Assembly (NCBI RefSeq): GCF_041146345.1
Contig: NW_027191406.1
Coordinates: 744,001 to 808,000, forward strand
From: Neodothiora populina
Lineage: Eukaryota
Direction of reading: 5' to 3'
DNA length: 64,000 bases
Below are positions 34,957 to 47,023 of this stretch, piece by piece. The translations under genes and the position numbers were made by a program. The notes below the pieces were generated by a model, which searched no databases, was not told the DNA's origin, and worked only from the letters and a program-made list of their open reading frames with translations. Numbering within the stretch: position 1 is the first letter of the stretch; each line of letters opens with the position of its first letter.

Positions 34957-35470
34957 AATGGCTACTTATATCCAAATACCTAGCTGAGTATAGACTTGCC
35001 CCATATGACGAATAGTCGAAAAATAGTCGAACAGCGAACCCTCTCGTGTTATAGTGTGTCGTTAGCGATAGTGTGATAAATCTACTGCAAGAGTCCTGTC
35101 TGACGGATATTCAATGGGCATCGCAACATGAACTGAAAGGCCAAAGTGCCGCAGTCAGAGCAGGAGAATGGCAACATGGCTGAGCAGGAGGGGTGTCATG
35201 GCAATCTTCGTCATGAAAAGTTTTCGCGACCGCACCTTCCCCTTAGAGAGAAAAATGTCCCTTGCCGTTGACGACCATAGGATGAGCCACGGCGAGAATG
35301 ATCCAGAGAGACACAGGATCGGTAGCACGAGGCAATGTGTACAACATCTGCGTTGAATCATGGCTTCGGCGTCCAGACGAGCTGTGCATTGTCGAGTGAT
35401 TCGAATATCTCATGGTGTGGGGTATCAGTATACAAGAAGCGAACATAGACTGCATCTCAAAAACAAGACT

Positions 35471-37402
35471 TCAGTCGAATCCCTCAAACTCCTCCTCGAT
35501 GCCCTTTTCTTTGACAGCGGCGATCATGCGCTGCAGCTCCATCTCCTTCTCCAACTCGGCAGGGTTCATGGCCGCTATCCGCTCTGCTTCGCGCTTGCTG
35601 TGCTTCTTTTCTCGTCGCATGTCTCTCGTGGCCTTGATGTCCTTTTTGACGCTCCATGCCTTCTCCTTCTGCCTCTCCTCTTTCGTCTTGCTTTCCCTCG
35701 TCGGTCGTGGGTTCTTTTCCTTTTCCGCTTTGTATTTGGCCATCTCCTCCAGCCTGTGCTTTTCCCGCGTCTTGTCTTTGAACGAATATGTGTCGAAATC
35801 AATGTCAAGGCCCAATCGCTTGTCTCCCGTGAAGTTCTTCAGTTCGGGCATCTTAGGCAACCTCAACAGACCCCACGAGTTGGCCTGTTCGGTCCAGTCA
35901 ATGTCCTCCTTGCGGAAAATTGATGATGCCGCGTGCTTGCTGTATGCTTGCACCCAACTGACGAAGGCCCTCTGCGCCTTGTCGTGGATAGAGCGGTCCT
36001 TGAGAACAACGTCTCGAATCTTCTGGGTGGCTTCCTGACCTGCTTTTTCCGTAGGTTTGATTGCCGGGGTGCTGAGTGGGTATATGGGTGTTTGTCGAAT
36101 GCGCAGAAACTCAATGTAGTCCTCCTCTTTGCCCTCGTTCAGGAAGGTGACTGCCAGTCCTCGTCGCCCAGCGCGGCCGGCACGTCCACAACGATGTAGG
36201 AAGGTCTTGGGATCGCTAGGTGGGTCCAATTGGACAACCAAATCCACCTGGGGGATATCTAGTCCACGCGCTGCAACATCGGTGGTCAACAGTATTGACG
36301 GCGAGATCGAGTCGACGAACTTGTTGAAATTCTTGTTCCGGACATTGGACGGGTGCTTTCCGTGCAAGGGAACGACCGAGAAGTCGCTTGGTATTAATGA
36401 TGGCATCACATACTGCCAGTAGTCAACGGCGGCACAAGTCGAGACGTAGAGGACGGTCTTCTGGGGCGGAGTGGGCAGATCAGTGAGTAATCGCCGTAGC
36501 GCAGGGATCTTGAGCGTCGGTTTCGTCACAAGGTAAGACATCTGTAGACTGGCAGGGGTGCGCTTGTCCTGCGCTCCAGAAGCACTCTTTACTTTGACCG
36601 CTATCCTCACAGGATTGCGCAGACCCACGCGAACCAGTTGATCCAAAGCCTCAGACACACTTGCACTGAAGAGTCCAGTCCTGCGTTGCTTGGGCAGTCT
36701 CGACAGGATCTTCTGTAGCGTGTCACTGAAGCCAAGATCGAGCAGCCTGTCCGCCTCGTCCATGACCAGAGCCTCAAAGGACGACTGGGGACAGTGGACG
36801 TGCGGCGAAGAGAGGACTTCTAGCAATCGTCCTGGAGTACCGATCAAGATATTCGGGCTTGTTTTGAGGAAGGTGGATATGTCTTGCTGCGCCTTTGTGC
36901 TTCCTCCTAGAAGTAGTTGCGGCACAACCTTGGGGGTGGAGGAGGGGAATTTGGGCAAGGGCGGAGCCTCTTCACCATCAGTCATGGGCACATCCTCATC
37001 CTGCGCTTTTATGGCCGCCATTGCAGCAGACGACGGAGGGTGGTATGCGAGTAATGATAGTAACACCGAGTGTATCTGCGTCGCCAACTCTCTGGTCGGG
37101 GAGATGATGATGGCGCCAACGTGGTGCTTCTTGATCGGGTCTTCCAGCCGTAGTAGCCGCTCAATGGTCGGTATCAAGAATGCGAGGGTCTTTCCACTTC
37201 CAGTCACAGCCTCGACGACGACATCCTTGTTTCCCATGAACAGCGGTATGGCACTGGCCTGGACGGGCGTCATGCGCTGGAAGCCCATACTGGAGATTGC
37301 ATCCAGCATCCATTCTGACAAGCCAGGCGTCGGCCCTTGCCAAGCTCTTGCTGCCGATTTATCCACTCCCTTTGGCGCGCTTTTCGTCTTGTCCTGCGCC
37401 AT
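35471..37402 (-). CDS. SPB4: ATP-dependent rRNA DEAD-box helicase Spb4/DDX55
   Basis: [78 protein letters not shown]. Confidence 0.96.
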   Translation of the reverse strand: MAQDKTKSAPKGVDKSAARAWQGPTPGLSEWMLDAISSMGFQRMTPVQASAIPLFMGNKDVVVEAVTGSGKTLAFLIPTIERLLRLEDPIKKHHVGAIIISPTRELATQIHSVLLSLLAYHPPSSAAMAAIKAQDEDVPMTDGEEAPPLPKFPSSTPKVVPQLLLGGSTKAQQDISTFLKTSPNILIGTPGRLLEVLSSPHVHCPQSSFEALVMDEADRLLDLGFSDTLQKILSRLPKQRRTGLFSASVSEALDQLVRVGLRNPVRIAVKVKSASGAQDKRTPASLQMSYLVTKPTLKIPALRRLLTDLPTPPQKTVLYVSTCAAVDYWQYVMPSLIPSDFSVVPLHGKHPSNVRNKNFNKFVDSISPSILLTTDVAARGLDIPQVDLVVQLDPPSDPKTFLHRCGRAGRAGRRGLAVTFLNEGKEEDYIEFLRIRQTPIYPLSTPAIKPTEKAGQEATQKIRDVVLKDRSIHDKAQRAFVSWVQAYSKHAASSIFRKEDIDWTEQANSWGLLRLPKMPELKNFTGDKRLGLDIDFDTYSFKDKTREKHRLEEMAKYKAEKEKNPRPTRESKTKEERQKEKAWSVKKDIKATRDMRREKKHSKREAERIAAMNPAELEKEMELQRMIAAVKEKGIEEEFEGFD

Positions 37403-37622
37403 TTCTGATGTTTCGTATGGTTGTGGTATGGAAAGGCGCAAATGTCTTTCCTGCAATAATAATTTGATCCGTCGGAAAAGTTGCTGCAAACAAGGCAAAT
37501 TCTTATCTTATCGCTTCGGCACCAAACGCCGCCTCGGCGGTTCTTGAAGCCGAACGAACCTGCCCGGGCATATATCTGCGAGTACAGTCGATGACACACC
37601 TACTAACCATGTCACACGCATC

Positions 37623-39002
37623 ATGTCGTATGAAGACCGTCTGGCTCTTGCCGAAGGCATCAGACAGGCTATACATGGTCTAGAGGACGATGACCCCATA
37701 CACGGCTGTGGTGTGGCGCCACTGCGCATCATAGAAAAAAGACCATCCGATGTACTTTCGCTCGCGCACGTAAAACTACACACGTGGAAGTACTCCGAAG
37801 TATCGGTATGTTGGAGACGACTGTACGAGGAGGCAAGCCTCTGGAAGGTTGTGTCTGTCTTGTCTTCCGAGCGTGCTGTTCTGCCTCTCCGTCAACTAAA
37901 GCGCAAACGAAGTGGATCTCAGACGCCAGAAGTGAGCGGAATCGAGTCTGTCGACAATGCTACCGATTGGATGACCCATGTCGTACATGTTCTTGATATG
38001 GCCATCATTCTCACAGGTGCTCCACGTCGGCGACCTCTGATTCATCAAATCTTTGATTCACTGCAAGCATTTCTACCTGAGACTGTTGATCAGCCTGTTC
38101 ATTTGCCTATGCCTCCTCCACATGTGCTTTCACAAGACACAATCGCTCGCAAGGTCAAACCTGACTTTCTAGCATTCCAAGCACATCTTGACGCCGGTCG
38201 AGGGCCGCTTATCATGTCTCACGCCATAGATGACTGGCCAGCAATCGCTGACACTAATCACCTCTGGAGCGATCCATCTTACCTGCTAGAGTCGACGCTT
38301 GGAGGCCGTCGTCTGGTGCCTGTTGAATTAGGCCGTAGCTACACAGATGAAGGTTGGTCACAGAAAATCATGACGTTCGGTGAATACATGCGGGACTATC
38401 TCCTTCAGCCAAGGCAGAAACAGACTGGTTATCTGGCTCAGCACGATCTGTTCGATCAGATACCAAGCCTGGCCGCCGATACGAGAACTCCAGACTACTG
38501 CTACACAGATCCGCCGCGGTCGGAGACGGTGCAGTCGACCACGACTACTGTCCGACTGGACGAGCCACTACGAAATGCATGGCTGGGACCTGCAGGCACC
38601 ATCAGTCCAATGCATACGGACCCATATCACAACATATTGTGTCAAGTAGTCGGGTACAAGTATGTACGATTGTATGCTCCGTCAGAGACCCCTAACCTCT
38701 ATCCGCGAGGAATTGACGAAGCAGGCGTCAACATGGAGAACACATCGCATGTCGATGTAGCATTGGCGAGAATATTGTATGGCAGCTTGTTGCATGAATC
38801 GTCTGCTCCGGCGCTGGAGTCATCAGATGAAGCTATCAGCAGTCGCAAAACAGAATTCGAGGCCAAGTACCCGCTCTTCAACAATGCTAGCTTTGTTGAA
38901 GGCGTCCTAGGTCCAGGCGAGTGCATGTACATTCCTACAGGTTGGTGGCATTATATCGAGAGTCTGAGCACAAGTTTCAGCATGAGCTTCTGGTGGAATT
39001 GA
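37623..39002 (+). CDS. JmjC/cupin-8 2-oxoglutarate oxygenase, JMJD5/KDM8-like
   Basis: RLVPVELGRSYTDEGW, YLAQHDLFDQIP, NAWLGPAGTISPMHTDPYHN, KYVRLY, IPTGWWHY, SFWW; HxD..H triad intact. Confidence 0.93.
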   Translation: MSYEDRLALAEGIRQAIHGLEDDDPIHGCGVAPLRIIEKRPSDVLSLAHVKLHTWKYSEVSVCWRRLYEEASLWKVVSVLSSERAVLPLRQLKRKRSGSQTPEVSGIESVDNATDWMTHVVHVLDMAIILTGAPRRRPLIHQIFDSLQAFLPETVDQPVHLPMPPPHVLSQDTIARKVKPDFLAFQAHLDAGRGPLIMSHAIDDWPAIADTNHLWSDPSYLLESTLGGRRLVPVELGRSYTDEGWSQKIMTFGEYMRDYLLQPRQKQTGYLAQHDLFDQIPSLAADTRTPDYCYTDPPRSETVQSTTTTVRLDEPLRNAWLGPAGTISPMHTDPYHNILCQVVGYKYVRLYAPSETPNLYPRGIDEAGVNMENTSHVDVALARILYGSLLHESSAPALESSDEAISSRKTEFEAKYPLFNNASFVEGVLGPGECMYIPTGWWHYIESLSTSFSMSFWWN

Positions 39003-39301
39003 AGCACTAGAGTCATGAGATTGACTCGACGACTCGCCACGGTTGTGTCTGTTCCAACCAGAAAGACGACTGTACATTCGGGCGAAGCTAATCCAACCAT
39101 CGGTAGACCATCATTGATACCAAGGTACTCGCAGTTCATAAGATACCTTATGGAAGCGAAAGCGGCTTCTTCTCCGCTTCGGACCCCGCGCTGTGGGGGG
39201 GTTTGATGCGGGGTATCGGCATACAAGAAGGACCACAACTCTACTGGACCTCGTTGCACTTTTGATCAATATCTATCGATTCGGTCCAATTGTTCTCAAC
39301 A

Positions 39302-40357
39302 ATGAAAGAAGGCAAAGAAAGAAGCACCCTTCAAATGGCTAGTGATCGACTCCAGGCCCTCAAAGCCACCATAACCGGCACACCAACCGTCATCTTCCCC
39401 GCCTTCGACGACCTCCCTAAAGTCGAAGGTCAACCTCAGGGCTGTTGCTGGGGTCTGTTCGACAATGACAGTGGCAAAAAGGACGAAGTCGGCACAATCA
39501 ATCTGCTGACTCCTCCCGTTGTCCAATCTGCAGCCAAGGAGATCAAGACAGGCCGGCACGTACAGCTCGATTGGCCTCTGGAGAACGTCCAGTTTCCTGG
39601 ATTCAATCGGAAGGAGTTTGGCCAGAAAATCCTCGATCATACCGAAAGTGGAATCTATGCCCTGGACGATGAACTTCATATCAACACCCAGTCAGGCAGC
39701 CAATGGGACAGTCTCAAGCATTTCGCTCATCAAAAGACTCGCATGTACTACAACGGTCTCGAACACTCCGAAGCCCTCAAGACGACGACAAACGGCACTC
39801 ACAACTGGTGTGAACGAGGCGGCATCGTCGGCCGCGGCATCCTCGTCGACTGGCTACGTTGGTACGAGCACAAACACGGCAACCCCCCGTCGCCCGTGAC
39901 CCGCCACGAGATCCCGGTCTCCGAACTGATCGAAACAATGAAATACCAAGGCCTCGAGCCCCGCCCCGCCGACATCCTGATCGTTCGCTCGGGCTACGTG
40001 CGCTGGCACAACTACTCGAACAGCGAAGAGCGCAAGCGCGGCACCCGCGACAACAACACCGCCATCGGCGTGCAGAACAACGAGGACACGGTCCGCTGGC
40101 TGTACGACAACCACTTCTCCGCCGTGGCGGGCGACACCGTGGCGTTCGAAGCGTGGCCGCCGCCGTTCGAGGCCGGGTGGTGCTTGCACGAGTGGTTGCT
40201 TGTGCAGTGGGGCACGCCGATCGGCGAGATGTGGGATCTCGAGACGCTGAGTCAGGTGTGTGAGAAGGAAGGCAGGTGGAGCTTTTTCTTGACTAGTGCG
40301 CCGCTGCATGTCAAGGGTGGGGTCGGCAGTCCGCCGGGAGCCATTGCCATTTTCTAG
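39302..40357 (+). CDS. Putative cyclase-family (kynurenine formamidase-like) protein; start at 39302 or 39335
   Basis: DEVGTINLLTP, DDELHINTQSGSQWDSLKH, GIVGRGILVD, DILIVRSG, AVAGDTVAFE, LHEWLL..WGTPIGEMWDLE, GGVGSPPGAIAIF. Confidence 0.9.
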   Translation: MKEGKERSTLQMASDRLQALKATITGTPTVIFPAFDDLPKVEGQPQGCCWGLFDNDSGKKDEVGTINLLTPPVVQSAAKEIKTGRHVQLDWPLENVQFPGFNRKEFGQKILDHTESGIYALDDELHINTQSGSQWDSLKHFAHQKTRMYYNGLEHSEALKTTTNGTHNWCERGGIVGRGILVDWLRWYEHKHGNPPSPVTRHEIPVSELIETMKYQGLEPRPADILIVRSGYVRWHNYSNSEERKRGTRDNNTAIGVQNNEDTVRWLYDNHFSAVAGDTVAFEAWPPPFEAGWCLHEWLLVQWGTPIGEMWDLETLSQVCEKEGRWSFFLTSAPLHVKGGVGSPPGAIAIF

Positions 40358-40807
40358 TCTTCTCCGTTTGTGTTGATGGCAAACACGAGGACTGAGGCGT
40401 GAGCGGATACGATCATTCCTGTCCTTTTCGAGTCGAGACGAGAGATTGACAATTGGCAAATACCGACACCCATGCATATGTGTATTGTATTCTATGACCG
40501 AGTCCATTCCCAAGCAGGGAAGAATGTCTCCATTTGGATAAGTAACAAGCAAGTATTATTCGGAGCTAGAACACGTATATATATAACCAACAACCTGCGA
40601 AAAGTCGTGTCCTACTCTTCTTCTTCTTCCTCTTCTTCTTCTTTCTCTTCAGCTTGACAGAAGTGTCCAACGTCAACCCCTGCCGAGATGAACAGTCGCT
40701 TACATACATCTATGCCGATTATGCCCCTGGAAAAAGGGAGAGGTGAAAGGAAAGAATAGCACAGATTTGCGGCCAGGGAAAAGTGTGGCGAAACTGGGCC
40801 TGCGCAA

Positions 40808-41956
40808 TCACCCGCGTCTTCTACTCCTGAGCTCACGGCCCTGGATCTCAAGCGTCTTGCGGCCGTCGTCAAACACGCCCTTTTGAACCAGCGGCTCCTC
40901 GTTCAGAATCTCCTGCTTGGTTTCCGCGCTCTTGCTCTTGCTCTCCGCTCTCTTCGTGCCCAGAGGCGGCTCGAACCTGCTCCGCAGCGTCTGGATCATC
41001 TTGTAGAACCAATAGTAGTTGAGAACGTTAAGCACAATGTTCGAGGCCAGATAGCTCAGCGCCAGCCAGACGGGGAGTTCCCTGCGGCCGGCGAACTGCA
41101 TGACTCCCGTAGCGTCGGCGAAGACAGGCACGCTGTCGGGCGACAGAGGCATCATGTCGTCGCCGAGTCCCGTGTGTTGCATCGCGTGCCAGATGTCTGT
41201 GAAGACGTAGACTGAGTTGATGCTGCCCCATACCAGGCGGCAGAAGAAAAAGGTGCTGATCAGGATGATTCCGTTTATGAGTTGGTAGATGGAGCCGGTC
41301 AGCTGCAGTTTGTCCATGAACCAGTGCATGTTCAGGGCTGGAGAGGAGAGCTCGTAGAGCACGAAGACGGGGCCGTAGTAGTTGAGGAAGGGACGCTGTA
41401 AGTGTTTGCACAAAAGATCAGCTCTCCATACGCGTTGCTCGACATGGCGGTTCTATCACAGAAAGAAACTTACGAATCCCAGGGAAAAGACGGTGACGGC
41501 AGAAATGGCGTGCATCAACATGCCGACACCGAAAATGTCAAGCCACCTAATGGTGATGATCAGATCCCAAATGAAGTATCCACCGGCGAGTCCTTGCAGC
41601 ATTCCACTCGCGCCATCGTATCCCCATATCCTGCCCGCCCAGTTCATGTTCTTCCTCTCCTCGTCGTAGAAGATCAGATACAGCGCGACGCTGTTGACAA
41701 TGAGCGACTGCGTCAGGGACACAGTGTGGACATCCCAGTTGATACGCGTGCGTTTGTTGAAGGCGGCGTAGCGCTGCGGCACGAAGAGCCGAGACAGAGC
41801 GGGCGAGATGTACGAGTGGATTGTCTGGTACATGCAGAAGGCCAGGAAGATCTCATGAATGTGGAAGGGCAGAGTGGGCAGGGCGAGGCGCTCTGCTATG
41901 GGAGTTGTTGCCTTGATCACCCACTCTGGCGCCGGTACTATGAAAGGGTCTCGCAT
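40808..41956 (-). CDS. TLC (TRAM/LAG1/CLN8) domain membrane protein, TMEM56/Tda4-like; one intron
   Basis: NWDVHTVSLTQS, RIWGY, GYFIWD, MLMHA, RPFLNYYGPVFVLYELSSP, FFFCRLVWG, LNYYWFYKMI. Confidence 0.9.
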
Positions 41957-42606
41957 GGTGTTCGTGGATGATGTTGTTGTTGTTATTGAGGAGGAGGAGA
42001 GAAATGTGGCAGCGGTATAGAGGTATGGGATGGAGTAATAGAGGGAAAGAGAGGGAGGAGAGAGGTTGAAGCTAGAACAGAGCGGGCTTCGATAGCTTCT
42101 ATCGCATACTGTGACTGTTCTGCTCAAGTCAAGTAGAATAAAAGAACATTAATATCAATGATCAGAGAGAGATATGTGGCGATGCTGCTCCTGCACTTTG
42201 GGGGATCCCGACGTTATCGGGGAGGGAAGGTGACCCTGAGGTGATCTCAAATGTGGGGAAACGTCTATCTCGCTTCTGCTTCTATTAGCGACGCTACGCT
42301 AGCTACTTAGCCGTCATGCGGTCAAGTCATCGGTCAAGTCATCAAATGGGGTGATTCACCAGAGAGACAGAGTCATCGTTGCTCATGACTTTTGCAAGTT
42401 GTTCTGCTAAATGCATGTGTGCGTTGTCATCTGTTGTTGTGTCTGTAGTCTTCAAAGCACGCTCGAGGTTCTAGACAAGCCACGACGACGACACTTGTTA
42501 AGATCTTCCACACCTGCATGAGACATCGTGCGAATCTAGAACCATTGTCTGCATGACGATCGCACATCATCCTCAATCTCCGTCGTTTGATCATCCATCT
42601 CGCACG

Positions 42607-44105
42607 TCAAGTCATCTCCTCTAGTCTGCTAAACACCCGACCGATCCCTTCGTTTGTCGGTAAGAAAATCGTGTCGTGATTCGTGCCCGGCACCAAGACC
42701 GACTCGAATTCGATCATACCGTCAGTGACGCTGTTCCTCCAGCAATCTTCGAAATACTTTTGTCCGCCTTTGCCAATCAACAAGTCGGACTGCGCGAACA
42801 AGGCCATAACCCTCAGCTTTTTGGCAGGTGAATCTTCTGTTCTCGCTGCCTGCTGGACTTGCAGTTGTTCCACAAGCCTTGTGATATAGGTAGGGTAATC
42901 ATCACAGACCCCCCACGGGCTTTCACCTTTCTTGAGGCAAAGCATGGCCTCCTGGCTTATCCCGCTGTTGTAACGGTCATTAGCAGTCTGCTCACCTCTA
43001 AACAGAGCATTTCCATAGACGCACCTTCTATCTTCTTCCCTGAAATAGAGCAATTGCAGTCTCTCTACCTCTTTCCTGACTTCGGGACTCATTCCATATG
43101 TCTGACTGATTTCTCTGGCCTTCTCTATCTCGGTCGCTGAGCTACTGTCATTCTTGAAGACACTCGTCAGGCTCGCGAAGACGCCACTGCTATGTCCCAT
43201 GCTCGGGATGATGTTGTCTCCTATAAAGGTCTGAAGGCCACCAGTATTACTAACCCATGACTGGGGTAACTTGGACGCAACCCCTAGCAGGCCGGCCGAA
43301 GAATGTGTGGGATGAACCCAGGGAGCTAGAGATGGACACAAGTCAGTTTTCTCACCACGTTGGCATGTTCATCACAAGGCGAGTTCCTCGCAAGCATCAT
43401 CGCCACAGCAGGAGACTACGGCGATTGCTACTTTCTCGAACCGAACATGATGAAGTAAGAATAGACCCACCTAGCATCGCAGCGAAAGGTCTGTCAGGAC
43501 CAATTATCTGCGGCAGTCTCATCAAGGTGTTCAACAGATAAATGACCCCTGCACTGTGCGCAACAAGTGAGACGTGCTTGACTCCCAGTTTCGCTAACAC
43601 CGCAGGCACCACTTCTATCCAAGCATCCACTCTGTGTTTGAGCGGCACGGGAGTCGAGCCTCCGAACCCAGGTCTAGAATGTCAGTATAGGTAAAGTATG
43701 CAGCTTGACAGATCTATTGTCACGCATCTGGAACTCGAACCCGATCAAGTAACAAGAAACATATAAAACAAAACAAAGGATCTCTCACCTATCAACAAAA
43801 ATAACCCTCACACCAGCTTTCCGCGCAGCATGATCCAGTTCAAGCACCATGTATCTCGATCCAGCCATAGGTGAGCAGTACAAGATCGTGGGCACCGTCG
43901 TCGAAGACCCATCGTTGAAATCCGTCGTGGTAGAATAAGTCACGCGCAGGGGAGCATCGTGCAGATCTGTTGGTGGAATCACGAGGGATTGGTGGAATGA
44001 GGTGCTGCAGACGTATTCGATGGCTTTGTTTGTCGCGTCTGTTTTTGGCGATGATGATGATGATGCTGCTGTTGCAGATGTTGATGCTGGAGTTGCGTGC
44101 GGCAT
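42607..44105 (-). CDS. Alpha/beta hydrolase-fold protein; 3 probable introns
   Basis: LRVTYS, spliced VDRPGFGGST, nucleophile elbow VAHSAG, APWVHP, D in SDLLIG, His in GTNHDT. Confidence 0.85.
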
Positions 44106-45161
44106 AGTGTCGAACTTTTCTTTTTAGTAACAATAGTAACAGTCAAAACCAAGTCACTGGATCCTCTTAAAGATCTCGTGCAATGATTTCCAGTACACGA
44201 TCAAGATACGAGAGTAAAGGTAGAGTAAGGTACCTAGGTAGGAGAGTATGCACCGCCACAGATATGTCAAGAACCTCCGTTCTCCAACAATCAGGCAACC
44301 CACATTGCTAGCTTCCACACCGGTATCGAGTAGATAGTCTTCCTTCTACGCGCAGGAAGAGAAAACGAATCTCCAGCGCTCAAGTGCTCCAAGCAACAGG
44401 ACAATACTGAACACTACTATAACAATTTCAAACACCTACAACTTGACTCACTAACCCACTACTCCGGATAACAAACATAAGAAGTAGAAGAGGGGCGCCC
44501 ATGTATCGCCTGACTCGACGTCGATAGTGTCTTGCAGAGTGGAAGGATCCAAGAGGTGGGAACTCGAAGGATTCCACTAAGGTACTCTAGTTCAGCCCCG
44601 CTCTCTTGCTTGATGCTTCCCTTCGTTGATCCGTTCTCCCGTTTCGGGTGGATATTCATCTACTTCATTGTACTGCTGTAGCATGGAGTACAGTACACTA
44701 CTGCTTTCCTTGCATGCGCCTGTAGGCTATAAGTAGTCCTACAAAATAGCGGCTGGGTGGGTCGGGAAGAGATCGGTCTATGCGTTATAACTCGTTGCAA
44801 TAAAGATTGGGGTTAGGTGTGTGTACTGAATGTATTGTAATTTGCTATTTCGCTGGTGCGGATTGCAACTCGTCTAGTTAGTCGTGAGTGTATATGTCGC
44901 TATAATGGGCATCTAACAGAAACAAAAGCCGAGAAGTCGAAACACGACAACGTGAGGATATATCTGACCCGAAAGAAAACACTCGATCCGACCCAAATGC
45001 AAGAAAAGCAAACGCAAAACGCTGGGAACAAGTCGCAGAGGCCGTACGTTTGTGTAATGCACGAGCAAAGACACCACCTGTAGATGATTTCGCCAACATG
45101 CATGATGTGCACGCGCTCACACATGCACACACGTGGTGCAGCCAGCCCGTCACTGTTGCTG

Positions 45162-46243
45162 CTATTGCTGTCGTCTGCCGGCAACGCGCTTGCGTTGAGG
45201 CTGCACCTGCACGGAGGTCGGCTTCAGGCCCAGAACCTCCATGCCCTCACCCACGCCCTCGCAGAGACCCCCGGCGACTCCCTGTATCCACCACGTCACG
45301 ACCGCCTCGACCATTTCGCCCACCTGGCCGTTGTTCCAGGTGCAGACCATGTTCGCGGTGGATACCGTGCGCTTGCTGATGGCGTTCGCTGTCGACCACG
45401 TTGATGTTGCGAAGCGTTCGGAGATGTGATGTTGTCTCTCGTACTCGTATGCATTACGCGCAAAGACCTGGATGTAGGGCCAGAGAAAGGAGAAAATGAT
45501 GAAGAGCTGGAAGACGCTCGTGGATATGATTCGATGTAGCACTGTCGGCTCGCGAGCTGCTTGTGGTGTTCGCTCCAGGTCTTGCGGTTCGGCTCTTGGG
45601 ACCAGCTGGTCGTCTACTGGCGTTTGAGGTCGAATCAAATCTTCAGGTGCTGCTACACGCAGACTAATCAGTTCTTCTTCGGTCAAATCCTCCGGCATTC
45701 CGCGCAGCACATATGTCGCGGCATCTATGTAGAGTTGCCGACTGAACGAGGGGTCTGAGGTAGGCAATGAGGACTACTGTGCAGAAAGTGATAGTAAATT
45801 CAATCCTGGTCACTCGGTTAGTCGACTGTATCTGTGTTGTCTGTCATGGTCTCCTACTTGCCTTGACTGGCGTACTTCCACTGGATACCGGTCTGCTCGT
45901 TCTCTATAAAGGAGGAACGCTTGCTGGAGCAAGGTGTCGACTCTTCTGTGCTAGCATCCTCATCATCGCAAAGCGCTGATGTCAGCGGAGCCAACGTTTC
46001 ATGGTAGGCCGGTGGTGGAGTAGCGCTGCCGGAATCTACGTAGTCTATGCTCGAGCCGGTCGAGTAGCCGCCAAATGACCTGTATGTGTTGAAAGAACGG
46101 CGCAGTGATTTTACTTTGGGCATGGATCGCCGGACGACTGGCGGAAGAAAAGAATATATCAAGGAAAGCGAAGCATCGTCTTCTGACACTGCACTCTGGT
46201 TGACGGCATTCTTGCCAACGCATCCGTGGGAGATGGTCGCCAT
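45162..46243 (-). pseudogene. Hypothetical-protein gene with a GC-AG intron (45861-45806) and an in-frame TAG at 45776-45774
   Basis: G|GCAAGT..GACTAAC..CAG| splicing gives TGIQWKYASQGLNLLSLSAQ*SSLPTSDPSFSRQLYIDAATYVLRGMPEDLTEEE, then ~180 more open codons. Confidence 0.65.
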
Positions 46244-47023
46244 CTTTCGGATCTCTCTACCTTGCAATTACAGTGATTGGACAAGAGATGTGATCTGAGA
46301 TGGAGGGCAACATGTATGAAGTTTGTCAAACCCTGAGTGGACAGCGGGAGCCCAAGGCTATCTATACTGGACCCGTCCTGTTCATGATGTGATTCCATTG
46401 CAGATAAGCGCTTGGAATGTGTTGAGCCCAAAATACTACATTGCCGTTGAACCGTCAAAAAAGATTGAAGATGCATGTGAAAGTGGGCTGCTTTCCGCGC
46501 GTGCATGTGTCAGGGTCCTGTTTCTCTAGTGACACTTGATCAGTGCCAATCGCAGCTCTCCGATCATCCCACGCTTGTATAAGCGAATGATCGTGTCAAA
46601 TCACTTGCTCGCTGGCGATCCTGCGTCGCACCCGGAGTATGGTTGTGTCTCGATATTGTTGCTATCATATTTCCCATCAATCAACGTCGCTCTACTTCCG
46701 GCATATATGATAAGGAAATGCGCAACAGACGTTGAAACGAAATGTTGTCGGCTACTCTCGCAAACGCTTTCGCGCCAGGGGTGACAACAACCGAACATTG
46801 CTTGGAGCTCTGAGAGGCAGGTTTTGGCGTCTTTGTATGATGGAAACGCATGTGAAAGTGCTCTACTCAGATATCCGACGACGCTCTGTCCATAATGAGT
46901 CATGCGCGGACGCGCTCATGACGTGGGAGCTGCCTAGTGCAGTCCACGACAGTGGCAAGGCTCGAGGTTCACTTTCACAGACGACACACTGTCACACTCA
47001 AGCAGGTCGTCTGATATAATGTC

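Noticed and set aside
37403..37498. 32-aa N-terminal extension of SPB4 in the ORF track (similarly PRS5 20472-20555)
   Set aside because: Starts at TTG; the first ATG coincides with the expected N-terminus.
43725..43750. GGTTCGAGT tRNA T-loop-like motif on the minus strand
   Set aside because: No D-arm, anticodon arm or acceptor stem; lies in an AT-rich intron.
39302..44105. Cyclase, TLC and hydrolase as a secondary-metabolite cluster
   Set aside because: No PKS, NRPS or terpene backbone gene in the window, and the neighbours are housekeeping genes.
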